Source of the DNA: Octopus vulgaris
Lineage: Eukaryota
Direction: 5' to 3'
Assembly (NCBI GenBank): GCA_951406725.2
Contig: OX597819.1
Span: 86,614,001-86,678,000, forward strand
Length of the DNA stretch: 64,000 bases
Within the stretch, counting starts at the first letter, position 1, and each line of letters starts with the position of its first letter. The notes beneath the pieces are model-generated. The model worked only from the letters and a program-made list of their open reading frames with translations. It made no database searches and was not told the origin of the DNA. This document shows positions 53,611-64,000 of the stretch, piece after piece. A program made the translations under genes and the position numbers.

Positions 53611-54000
53611 TACTCTCTTTTACTTGTTTCAGTTATTTGACTGTGGCCATGCTGGAGCACTACCTTTAGTCGAGCAAATCAACCCCGGGAGTTATTCTTT
53701 GTAAGCCTAGTACTTATTATATCGGTCTCTTTTGCCGAACCGCTTACTTACGGGGACGTAAACACACCAGCATTGGTTGTCAAGCGATGTTGGGGGGACA
53801 AACACAGACACACGAACATACACACATACATATACACGACAGGCTTCTTTCAGTTTCCGTCTACCAAATTCACTCACAAGGCCTTGGTCAGCCTGAGGTT
53901 ATAGTAGAAGACACTTGTCCAAGGTGCCACGCAGTAGGACTGAACCCAGAACCATGTGGGTGATAAGCAAGCTACTTACCACACAACCACTCCTATGCCT
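53611..54000 (-). mobile_element. SINE family A
   Basis: Full-length reverse-orientation copy. Confidence 0.85.
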
Positions 54001-54409
54001 ATATGAACACACACACATACAAAGTCTCTTTTATATATGCACACACATATATATTATGAAAATTTATTACCAGGGTAAATGTGAAATATTAAGTTAATTA
54101 GGAATGAGATGACTACAGATCAGATAATTAGTACAATAGGAGGTAGTAAAAATTTAGGAATTGATTAAAAGGGGTTACAAGACTTTAAGTATGAAGAAAG
54201 ATTAGTGAAGAGTTATGGTAACATGGAGAATTGAAATGTAATTAATAACACTGTATTCCTAATTTTATGTAAGTTAACTAATTGGAATTTTTAAAAGCGT
54301 TTTACCTAATTGGTGTGAACAACAGATTGACAACTTATGCTTATTAATGAGTCCAGTTTTACACCTTGGGATTTCTAGTGTTTCCATGCAACACCTCTCT
54401 ATAAGGTCG

Positions 54410-54930
54410 TGCAGCTGAAATCTGAGTCCTGCCAAGCTGTCTGTCTTCCTGCTTACAAAAACTTTGCTGAGTTTACTTTAAGGCCCTTTAATTATAGATT
54501 TTGCTTCCAAACTCGAAATTTCTTCTTCAATTCTATTAAAGATTCACCTATAAAAACAAGGTCATCAGCATGGAGAAGTTCTGAAGGGCAACCAGTCTTA
54601 AATTCCTTTTACAGCCTGGAAGTCCACAATAAGTAGAGAGAACTGAGAACAGAGTCCTGGTGAACTAAATGTACAATAACTACACTGTTGTAATCATTAC
54701 TAACCAATCTTACTGACGACACTTCTGTACATGGTTTTGGATAGCAAAGGACCTTGTCAAAGGCTTTCTCCAAGTCAAAAAAAGCCAAGTACAGTGGTTT
54801 ACTTTTAGCTAAATACTTCTCTCACAGCTTACCTTACTAGAAAGAGAGAATTAGTAGTGTTTCTGCTTGGCACAAAACCAAACTGCCTCTCATCTATGCT
54901 TACTCCCTGCTTAATAAATTAAGTTATAAC
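54410..54930 (-). mobile_element. RTE-like LINE reverse transcriptase fragment
   Basis: Minus strand gives QFGFVPSRNTT, FFDLEKAFD and EFKTGCPSELLHADDLVF. Confidence 0.8.
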
Positions 54931-55329
54931 TTTTTATCTATCTAGCTATTTTCTCATTCTCTCCTTTTCTTCAAACAGAGAGAGAGGTGTGGAGAGCACA
55001 CAATAAAGTGAATAAAGTATGGGTAAATTTTATCTTCTCCACACTGCAATCATCAGATAAACTGCTTTTTTCGAGAATTTGCCAATTAATTAATTAATTA
55101 ATTGTCCTTTTTCTATTGATCAGCTTTGCCATTGTATTGGCATGATTGATTGATTCTAGTTTCAGCTCATGAGCTGTGGCCATGCTGGGGCACCGCGTTT
55201 TGTTCTTTTTAATTTTACTTACTGTCTATTTAGGATGATAAGTTATAACTTTCCAAAGGCCAAGTTAATGAATGCTTTGTATCTGCTTGTCATTTACGAA
55301 AGCTATATACTGGTTTACAAAAATTAATT

Positions 55330-57130
55330 ACCTTCCAGGCCATAACAGAGGAATTTAAGGACGACTGTCTTGGCAACTACTATATGCTGGTGACCTAATT
55401 TTTATAGCAGAATCTGTAGTAGAATTGGAAAGAAATGTCAGGTGTGGGAGAAAAACATGGAAGGCCTTAAAGTTAATTTAGTAAAGACTAAAGTTCTAGT
55501 AAGCAGGAAAACATCTACCTACTTCAGAAAAATGGCCCTGCTCAATATGCAGGAAAGGTGTAGGCAGAAATTCCATACAGTCCACCAAGTATTTCTTGCA
55601 CACATACATAACTTTCTTGCAAACTACGGATATACAAGAAGTGCAGTAGAATTGCAGGTAAGTTCACAGAGGAAATAGATTTTGTATGCAACAAGTGTTC
55701 TGAAACAATAAGCAATAACAATGTATGACAACAAAATTTTTGAATACCTATGTGATTCCCTAGAGGTAGAAAACAGTTTCTGATACCTACACAACCAAAC
55801 TAGCAGGAGAGGAGGATGTTCTGAACGTATAGTTGCGACACTGTGACAGTAAGAATAAGATACAGACAGCTCAGAGAGCTTTTACTTCTGTTGGTTACAA
55901 AAGGTCTTTTACTCAAGGTGAAAGGCAGAATGTATGAAGCTTGTGTATGAAAAGCAGTTTGATCACAAACATTACCAATGGTTAAGTTGAACCAAATGAT
56001 ATTTCTGTTTATGGTCCCATTTCATTTATGATTTGTGTTGGTTTGGATATGTTCTAATTTTCCTTTCAGCACATTTTTTTGGACTTCATTATGGAATGGT
56101 GCTGCCTGGTCGACTATTGCTTTGTTGAAAAGTACTGTAAGGACAGTTTGGTGCATGTCGCAGTCCAGGATTTTTATTGTGGAAGGAGGATGGTTGAAAT
56201 ATTATTATATAAATTGGTACATTGTTCAGTTTTCAATAACTGTATTGTTTTCCTTTGGTCAGATTCAGTTTTGTGTTAAGAAATTTAGTTTGAATATATT
56301 GGCTGGATGTTTATTTCGGCTTCATTAGCATAGCATTGTCATTCTCACTGACAATCAGTTTCATACAATTTGACATACACAACAAATACAGTGGTCTCTA
56401 AGGCAGGCCGACAGAATAAGAGCCACATACATAACAGATACACAGAAGTAGTTAGTAATAACAATACCCTTAGAATGCAATCTTTTAACAGTCTAGAAGG
56501 TTCACTGGAATTAGGTAACAAATTCTGTTACCTAGATCAACATCATCCTTCAACGTCTGCTTTCCATGCTAGCATGGGTTGGACGATTTGACTGAGGTCT
56601 GGCAAACCAGATGGTTGTGCCAGGCTCCAATCTGATCTGGTAGAGTTTCTACAGCTGGATGCCCTTCCTAACACCAACCACTCCGAGAGTGTAGTGGGTG
56701 CTTTTTACATGCCACCTGCACAAAGGCCAGTCTGGCGGTACTGGCAACGACTCCAATAAATGGAATTGGGTGATGCAGAAACATAGCAACCATATGATTA
56801 TTGAGAGTGATGTGTGAAGTTGCAGAGGAGCAAGACATGGACACTAAATGACAAGGATATGCAAATGCTGGATATATGCAAGAAAGAAAAAAATCTAAGT
56901 AAACTGTGGGGGCAAAAATCAGCCATAGTGTGCAAGAGAGGAGACTGTGTTGGTAGGATTGAAAAGATATGATAACTAATAATAAACCTGAGGGAAGAAG
57001 CTATGCAACAGGAAGTAGCTTGTCAGGAAAGCCGACACAAACAAATATGGGAAGAAGTAGTGAAGGTTGATCTCTAGATACTAAACCTTATGAAGAAGAT
57101 TACAAGTTATCCCAACACGTGGCAAGAAGC
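55330..57130 (+). mobile_element. RTE-like LINE fragments (RT to 3' end), interrupted
   Basis: LQAITEEFK, LYAGDLIF, GLKVNLVKTKV, LELGNKFCYL and GRMYEACV. Split by inserts, including a family C copy at 56541-56750. Confidence 0.7.
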
Positions 57131-57258
57131 TCCAACCTATGCCACCAGAAAAACTGAACATAAAATGGTAATATAAACATATTCACACACACTCAAATAT
57201 ATGTATGTTGCAATACAATATGAAAATACAGGAATATTGATAGCGTAAATTTCATTAC

Positions 57259-57327
57259 CTTCACATTATCTGAATTCTGTTCTTCAGAAGTGTACAAGCC
57301 TTGCATAAAGCCAGTACTTTTAATAAC
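57259..57327 (-). CDS. TRAF3IP1: TRAF3IP1/IFT54 coding exon 2 (69 nt)
   Basis: Minus strand reads tatttttacgtag|GTT ATT AAA...GTG AAG|gtaatg, giving VIKSTGFMQGLYTSEEQNSDNVK. This continues exon 1 in frame and matches the vertebrate [23 protein letters not shown]. Too short for the ORF track. Confidence 0.95.
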
Positions 57328-59136
57328 CTACGTAAAAATAAATATAATATCGAAAAATAAATAATGTAAAATGAATTAATCATGCATTCACATCTTCTTC
57401 AACTAAAAATAGGAAGGACACACTGTATAATGTTGTCCTAGATACACTATTCTGAAAAACAAATAGGAATTAATCCGGTGCACACAAGTAACTACATAAC
57501 AATAAAAATAATCCACACAGACCTCAAAACTCCAAGTCATCTTTCAAGGTAGTAAATACCTCAGAAAAATGCTCAACATGGAATTAAACTCCAGAAGGTA
57601 TTATTTACATAGCAATAATACTCAAGGGGAGAGGGAGAGAAGGAGAGAGAAAGATCCTATGAAGCACTTCCCCACCATACTAAGTTTGTCTCTCCCCATA
57701 CATTTTTGCAACCTGTATGCTCACAGGTCAAGTCCCTTTCTCTCATCCTTTCCCAGTTAATGTATTATCATTATTATTAAACCAGCAAACAGGCAGAATG
57801 CTTAGTGGCATTTCATCTGTCTTTATGTTCTGCACTCAAATCCCGCTGCGGTCCATTTTTGCTTTCATTTTTTTCAGGGTCAATAAAATGTGTACCGGTT
57901 TAGTACTGCTCACTGAACTTGCTAGCCTTGTGCCAAAATTTGAAATCATTATCATCATCATCATCATTATTATTAAAGTGGCAAACGGGCAGAATCGTTA
58001 GCACATCAGACAAAATGCTTAGTGGTATCTTGTCCATCTTTATGTTCTGAGTTCAAACGCCACCAAGGTCGACTTTGCCTTTCATCCTTTTGGAGCTGAT
58101 AAAATAAGTACCAGTTGACCCCTGGGGTTAATGTAATTGATTAGCACCCTCCCCTCAAAACTTCAGGCCTTGTGCTTATAATAGAAAAATTACTACTATT
58201 ACTATTCTGCTCTTCATGCCCTTCTCTGTCAGTCATCACCTATAGTCTCTTGCCTACTCTCCAACTCATACACATCCCTCCACTTTTGTTCCTCATTCAC
58301 TTACATCCATCCCTCATCCCTACTCTATTGTTTTCACTTAAATTCCCCTCCAACTTATATTTATCATTGAGCACACCTTTTTGTTACCCATTCATTATGT
58401 CCATTCCCACTCCTACCCCATCTCTCACTCTACCCATACATTCCCACAACCTATACCCATCTACCCTTCCTGATTGTCTGTCTCCATTCATTTCTATTCA
58501 CCTTCTTGCACCTTAAAGGTTCATGCTGACACCAAGTTACACTCACCCACTATTGCATATTGCAAGTAGTCATGAAACCAGTTCTGCTCTGGTCCCTTCT
58601 TTTCACATTTTAGCCTCTTATGTCCAAACATAAAGCAGCATCCTTTTAAACTTTAGTCCCATTCAATCAAAAGGAATTTTAGTCTTGCAAGCTATCTGAT
58701 GATCTTTCTAGAACCTGTGTCAAGAAAGAAGCACCTAATACACTCTGTAAAGTGTAGTGGCTGCTTTTCTCTTAAGCCCCAGTATTAGGAAGGGCATCCG
58801 AAGCAGGGTGCCCTTCCTAATGCCCAGCATAGTTTTGCGGATAGTAGGTGTGGTTGTGCAATATAGAAGTTTACTTTTCAACCACTACATTATGGGTATA
58901 TGCATCTGCAGAGTGCTCAGCCACAGTTAATTTCACAAGCTGGCGGTTCTGTTGATCAGATCAACTGGAACCCTCATCATTGTAACCGACAGGGTGCCAG
59001 TTATATATATCTTTTACTTGCTTCAGTCAATGGAGCGCACCTTGAAGTATTTAGTCAAATAAACAGATACCCAGTACTTATTTTTCAACTTTAATACATA
59101 TTCTATGAGTCACTTTTGCCAAATCAGAATGTTATG

Positions 59137-59177
<41 letters not shown>

Positions 59178-59727
59178 TATATATTATTGCTTCTACTTCT
59201 CTCTCTTCTCTTCCCACATGACTGATCGGCCAACCCTGCTTGCTCATTCTTTCATGGACTGACTGCGGTCCGTGCAACATCGATATTCTTCCCTGTGTTT
59301 GTGAAATTTTTGTATCTCTGCTGTAAGGTTTCATTTCCACACGCGCCAGCTTCATTCAATTCGTCCTTAGTCGAAAGACACCTGTTGTGATGTCCTGCAA
59401 TTATTTGTGTAACTTTGTCCATTTTTTCCATCCTTGTTTTTGTATACATTCACAGCTTTCTTCCAAGGAATCTAATGCTCTTAGCTTAGTGCTCCCTTAG
59501 GGCTGGCCAAATTGGAGCAATCTCAAAAATAATCAGCCAAAATTGAGAGGATAATCTGGTTCTTGACTGAAGATAGGAAACTTCGAATGACCCATTCTTG
59601 TTTTCTTTGTATCGTCTATCTGGATGTTTTGCTGTCTCTTTTTGTATCACCTGGTTGTCCAGATGTTTTGCGTTCTTGTCCCATTTTGTATTTTATATAT
59701 ATATATATATATAAGCAGTCAAATATA

Positions 59728-59867
59728 TGTCCAGTCATGGAGTGATCAATGGTTTCACATCCATAAAGTTTGAAGAGGGATATGCATCTGCCATTGAGTT
59801 TAACAAGCCTTCTATAAGGCCTAGAGCTTTATGAATGTGAAACCATTGGTCGCTCTATGACTGGACA
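59728..59867. repeat. Short fold-back with a degenerate hammerhead-like motif
   Basis: GTCCAGTCATGGAGTGATCAATGGTTTCACAT / ATGTGAAACCATTGGTCGCTCTATGACTGGAC. Confidence 0.8.
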
Positions 59868-60080
59868 ACTGTTTGTAAATACATTAGTGCTCTATTCTTT
59901 AGAGTATGCTTCATTTTCAGATAAATGATCCATTGACTACATATATATATATATGTGTGTGTGTGTATATATATGAATATATATATATGTATGTATGTAT
60001 ATATATATATATATATATAAATTGACAGTAGCTCGTATATCCAAAAAAGAAGCACACTCTAAAGCATTAAGAGCAGTAAT

Positions 60081-60219
60081 GTATTTTTAGGGCATTAAAA
60101 GTTATGGCTAGTCATAGACTGACCATAGGTTTTTCACCTAGAAAATATTTTGAGTCTGGTAAGCTGCCTAAAACCAATAGTCACTCTATGATCAGCCATA
60201 ACTCCCTAAAAAAATATAC
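60081..60219. repeat. Short fold-back with a degenerate minimal hammerhead-like motif
   Basis: AGTTATGGCTAGTCATAGACTGACC / AGTCACTCTATGATCAGCCATAACT. Motif GAGT CTGGTAA GCTGCCT AAAAC CAATA GTC ACTC at 60152-60186. Confidence 0.7.
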
Positions 60220-60392
60220 ATATATATATATAGGTTTCTACAGTTTCCATGTATTAAATTCACTCACAAGGCGTTAGCTGGCCTTGGGCTCTAATAGAAG
60301 ACACTTACCCAAGGTACACTGCCCGACGTGGCTTAACTCAAAAGCAAACTTTTTAACCCCACAACCATGTTTGTGCCTATATGTAGACATAT

Positions 60393-60783
60393 TTACTCTT
60401 TTACTTGTTTCAGTGATTTGACTGCGGCCAAGCTGGAGCACTGCCTTTAGTTGAGCAAATCAACCCCGGGACTTATTCTTTGTAAGCCCAGTACTTATTC
60501 TATCGGTCTCTTTTTGCCGAACAGCTAAGTGACGGAGATGTAAACACACCAGCATCGGTTGTCAAGCAATGCTAGGGGACAAACACAGACACACATACAT
60601 ATATATATATACATTATACGACAGGCTTCTTTCAGTTTCCGCCTACCAAATCCACTCACAAGGCTTTGGTCGGCCCGAGGCTATAGCAGAAAATACTTGC
60701 CTAAGATGCCACGCAGCTGGACTGAACCCGGAACCATGTGGTTGGTAAGCAAGCTACTTACCACACAGCCACTCCTGCGCCTA
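60393..60783 (-). mobile_element. SINE family A
   Basis: Full-length reverse copy in intron 1. Confidence 0.88.
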
Positions 60784-60854
60784 CATATGTGGATATATCA
60801 TTAACGGACGTTAAATGATGATGACGTGTACACACACATACCTCTCTCTCTCTC

Positions 60855-60927
<73 letters not shown>

Positions 60928-60973
60928 ATAATGTGTGCGTGCGTGTTTGTGTGTGTCTTATAGCTATATATAA

Positions 60974-61349
60974 GCGTGGGCGTGGCTGTGTGGCAAGAAG
61001 TTTGCTTCCCAGCCATTGGTTCCGGGTTCAGTCCCACTTCGTTGTACCTTCGGCAAGCGTCTTCTACTATGGCCTCCGATTGACCAAGGCCTTCAGTGGA
61101 TCGGTAAATGGAAACTACAAGAAGACTGGCGTATATATGTGTGTGCGTCTGTGTGTTTATCTCCCACGACCACTTGACAACCGGTCAAGTTCTTGTAACT
61201 TAGCGGTTCAGTAAAACAGACCAATAGATTAAGTACCAGGCTTTAAAAAAAAAAGAAGCACTGAGGTCGATTCCTTCAACTAAAACTTCTTCAAGGCGGT
61301 GCACCAGCATGGCCGCAGTTTAATAACTGAAATAAGTAAAAGATAAAAG
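60974..61349 (+). mobile_element. SINE family A
   Basis: Forward copy in intron 1. Confidence 0.82.
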
Positions 61350-61365
61350 TTATACACACACAGAC

Positions 61366-61436
<71 letters not shown>

Positions 61437-61637
61437 CATATACATATATATATATATACATAGATATAATTTTTGTTTAGAAAATTTCAGTAGTGAGTTC
61501 GAAGTTTTGATGTTAACGCGCGCGCACATTCACACATACATTTATATATTTGCAAGTTCGTATTCACTCACGTAGAGTTCACATTTAAATATAAAATAAA
61601 ATAAAATAACGAAGTAACATGTAGAATAGCTACTCAC

Positions 61638-61760
61638 AGATGTTATAATATCATGGAGGAACCTAAAAGGAGGCTTTGCTAAGAGTTTATCTGTCAAGGG
61701 TGGCCTTACGATGATTTTACCAAGCGTATCCTGTGTTCTTTTGAAAATTTTGGTATCCAT
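61638..61760 (-). CDS. TRAF3IP1: TRAF3IP1/IFT54 (MIP-T3) coding exon 1, N-terminal calponin-homology domain
   Basis: Translates to [41 protein letters not shown] (41 codons), matching the IFT54 N-terminus (PPLTxKLLxKPPFRxLHDI). Followed by a GTGAGT donor in phase 0. Confidence 0.96.
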
Positions 61761-61899
61761 CCTTCTTAAAATATATTTTATTTTCTATTCATTTGGTACA
61801 TAAATAAGTTTGTTAATTAGAGCCGACTTTCTTTTAGTTGAATTTTGCTGGGTTCCTCTTCTTGTTTTTCTTAAAGATGTTCAACTAAGTAATAACTTT

Positions 61900-62100
61900 A
61901 TAAGATACCCATATACTCATTAAACTAATACGAAAACTTTGACAACAATGCCATGTTTACGTCGTCGTCAGGCTAGGAATACTAGACCAGCATGCATCTA
62001 GGCAGCTGCGCAACGCCGACATCCGCTCAATTATTACTGCGTCCTCGCTTGGTCCGTTGCTATGGACAGCAATGTTTACATTGTAAGATAATCAATACAT
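61900..62100 (-). promoter_or_regulatory. Putative TRAF3IP1 promoter with an RFX X-box-like site and forkhead motifs
   Basis: CpG-retaining stretch 140-340 bp upstream of the ATG. X-box-like GTTGCTATGGACAGC at 62056-62070. TGTTTAC at 61954-61960 and 62073-62079. Confidence 0.6.
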
Positions 62101-62621
62101 TGTACCAGGTGCAAGAAAAGGTTATATATATATAACCTTATGTACACAAATTAGATGACCAAAGATAACAGTCTGAATTCAGATTTTTAATTAATCGATA
62201 TGACACGATTTGCCTCACAGACGTTTACACGTTCAACCCTAACTTTTAATTTACGAAGATTTTTTTTTTAACATTATTCTCGCTGACATGATGAAGTAAT
62301 CAAATATTTATATTTGAGGTTCAAGTATTAAGTGTAGTCATAAAAATTTTGCTTACCAACGATTATATGTGCAAGATGTGTTGTAATTTTGCTTATCGAA
62401 GTTTTAACTATCAGCTTAAAGTAACTTTATTTTGATTTATTTAGTTTATAATGAAAGCAAATTGGTCGTTTAAGAACGGTTTTGAATTTCTATGAATTAT
62501 ACGGGCTTCTTTCTTTTTTTTTCTTCCCTTTTTGTTCTTTTTGTAAAGTTTGTCGCTACTATAAACACTGTACACTGTCTGATAAAGAAATATTTATTTA
62601 TTTATTCTTATTTTTTATATT

Positions 62622-62926
62622 TGTTTCTGTCATTTGACTACGGCCATGCTGGAGTACAGCCTTGAAGGGTTTCAGTCAAACAAATCGACTCCAGAACTTA
62701 TTCTATCGGTCTCTTTTGCTGAGCAGCCAAGTTACGGTGACGTTTAACACACCAATACCAGTTGTCAAGCGACGATGGGAGGACGGACGGATGTACGTAC
62801 ATACATACATACATACATACATACACATACATGCACACATACATACATACATACATACATACATACATACATACACATACACCCACATACATGCACACAT
62901 ACATACATACATACATATGATATATA

Positions 62927-62977
<51 letters not shown>

Positions 62978-63115
62978 CGGGCGTCTTTCACCAAATAATC
63001 TCACAAAGCTTTGGTCGGCACAAACGCTATAGTAGAAGACACCTGCTCAATGTGCCACGCAGTGGGATTGAACCCGGAGCCATGTGTTTGGGAAGCAAGT
63101 TTCTTCTTACCACAC
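62622..63115 (-). mobile_element. SINE family A with expanded (CATA)n/(TA)n
   Basis: Reverse copy upstream of the gene. Confidence 0.82.
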
Positions 63116-63848
63116 ATTATTATTGTTATAAGTGTATCTTGGGAGAATCGTTTTTAATGATTTAATCTGATTACGAGGATGGTTGAAAATGAAGATTTTT
63201 ATCGCCTCTATCATCGTCATCATCACTGTTTTAACATCAGTGTTTTTTTATGGTGGTATGGTTTGTCCAGGTCTACAATTAAGGCACAATGCTATTCCTC
63301 TCTCAATACAGAATCATCTTGCCTGTGACGCCCAGCATCTTCAGGTCTGATTACACTAGTTTTCTAGTTTCTTCCACTATCATCCTTGTTCAATCTTAAA
63401 ATACGATGATTTGTCTTCATTGTTTTTAAGTTCATAAACAATAGTAATGCTCTCCGTAAGCTTCGACTGACATTAATCAAGTTAAAATATTTACCCAAAA
63501 TTTTGACTACGCAGGCTTCCAGGAGTTATTGCTTACATCATAAACCTGTGCTCAAATATGCAAACTTTTCTATTTCTATTTTTGAACCAGTGTTTCTTGG
63601 TTTATTATTTACGTAATAAGACATAATTCCAGGTATAGGGAGATCATGAAATTGATGTAGCTTGAATCTTATGAATTCATATGATAAAATCATATATATT
63701 ATTTTATTATATGGATTCACAAGAATCAAGACGTAGGCTCACAGTGAAATAAATAACATCAAATGCTTGTAGGGTGTCGTAGATATGCGAGTATCAGATC
63801 CAATTTAAACCACAGTTCCAGTTCAGGAGCGTAGGTGTACAAAAGAAA

Positions 63849-63879
<31 letters not shown>

Positions 63880-63880
<1 letters not shown>

Positions 63881-64000
63881 CTGGAAAACTTGGAGTGTGG
63901 TTACATGGCTTCCTGAAAGATAGGAGTCAGGCAGTAGTGGTTAATGGAGCCACCTCTATGAACACACAAATAGTGAGCGGTGTTTCACAGGTCACTGTCT
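63880..64000 (+). mobile_element. CR1-group LINE RT fragment, runs off the window
   Basis: AGKLGVWLHGFLKDRSQAVVVNGATSMNTQIVSGVSQ matches the W..FL..R.Q.V.VNG..S...V.SGVPQG motif. Confidence 0.8.

Noticed and set aside
59180-59700. Insert between (TA)n tracts with a 65-aa minus-strand ORF and CTGAAGA..GAAAC
   Set aside because: Probably a retroelement fragment, but I could not assign a family and the ribozyme stems do not form.
61542-61637. 3' part of ORF 61542-61760
   Set aside because: Read-through into intron 1 past the GTGAGT donor. Homology continues in exon 2.
62662-63165. 167-aa ORF and many other YI/HT/CV-rich ORFs in the track
   Set aside because: These are translations of (TA)n/(CATA)n microsatellites and SINEs.

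Overview
AT-rich animal genomic DNA, dense in repeats and (TA)n/(CA)n microsatellites. The SINE repertoire suggests an octopus or other coleoid cephalopod (inference). The only host gene I can support is TRAF3IP1/IFT54 on the minus strand: coding exon 1 at 61638-61760 and exon 2 at 57259-57327, with an RFX/forkhead-like promoter near 62 kb. I found no exon 3, so everything left of 57.2 kb is probably one intron of more than 57 kb. The window holds decayed DNA transposons (mariner, Tigger/pogo, maT DD37D, hAT and piggyBac MITEs, four Helitrons), RTE and CR1-like LINE fragments and four SINE-like families. The most striking signal is a recurring module, mostly next to (TA)n or (TG)n tracts: long fold-back palindromes and inverted repeats carrying type-I hammerhead-ribozyme motifs (CUGANGA...GAAAC-palindrome-GUH). 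There are at least eight such loci, consistent with Penelope-like retroelement or retrozyme remnants. One copy (43295-43386, on the IFT54 sense strand) has an intact catalytic core. Repeat coordinates are approximate and all calls were made by eye.
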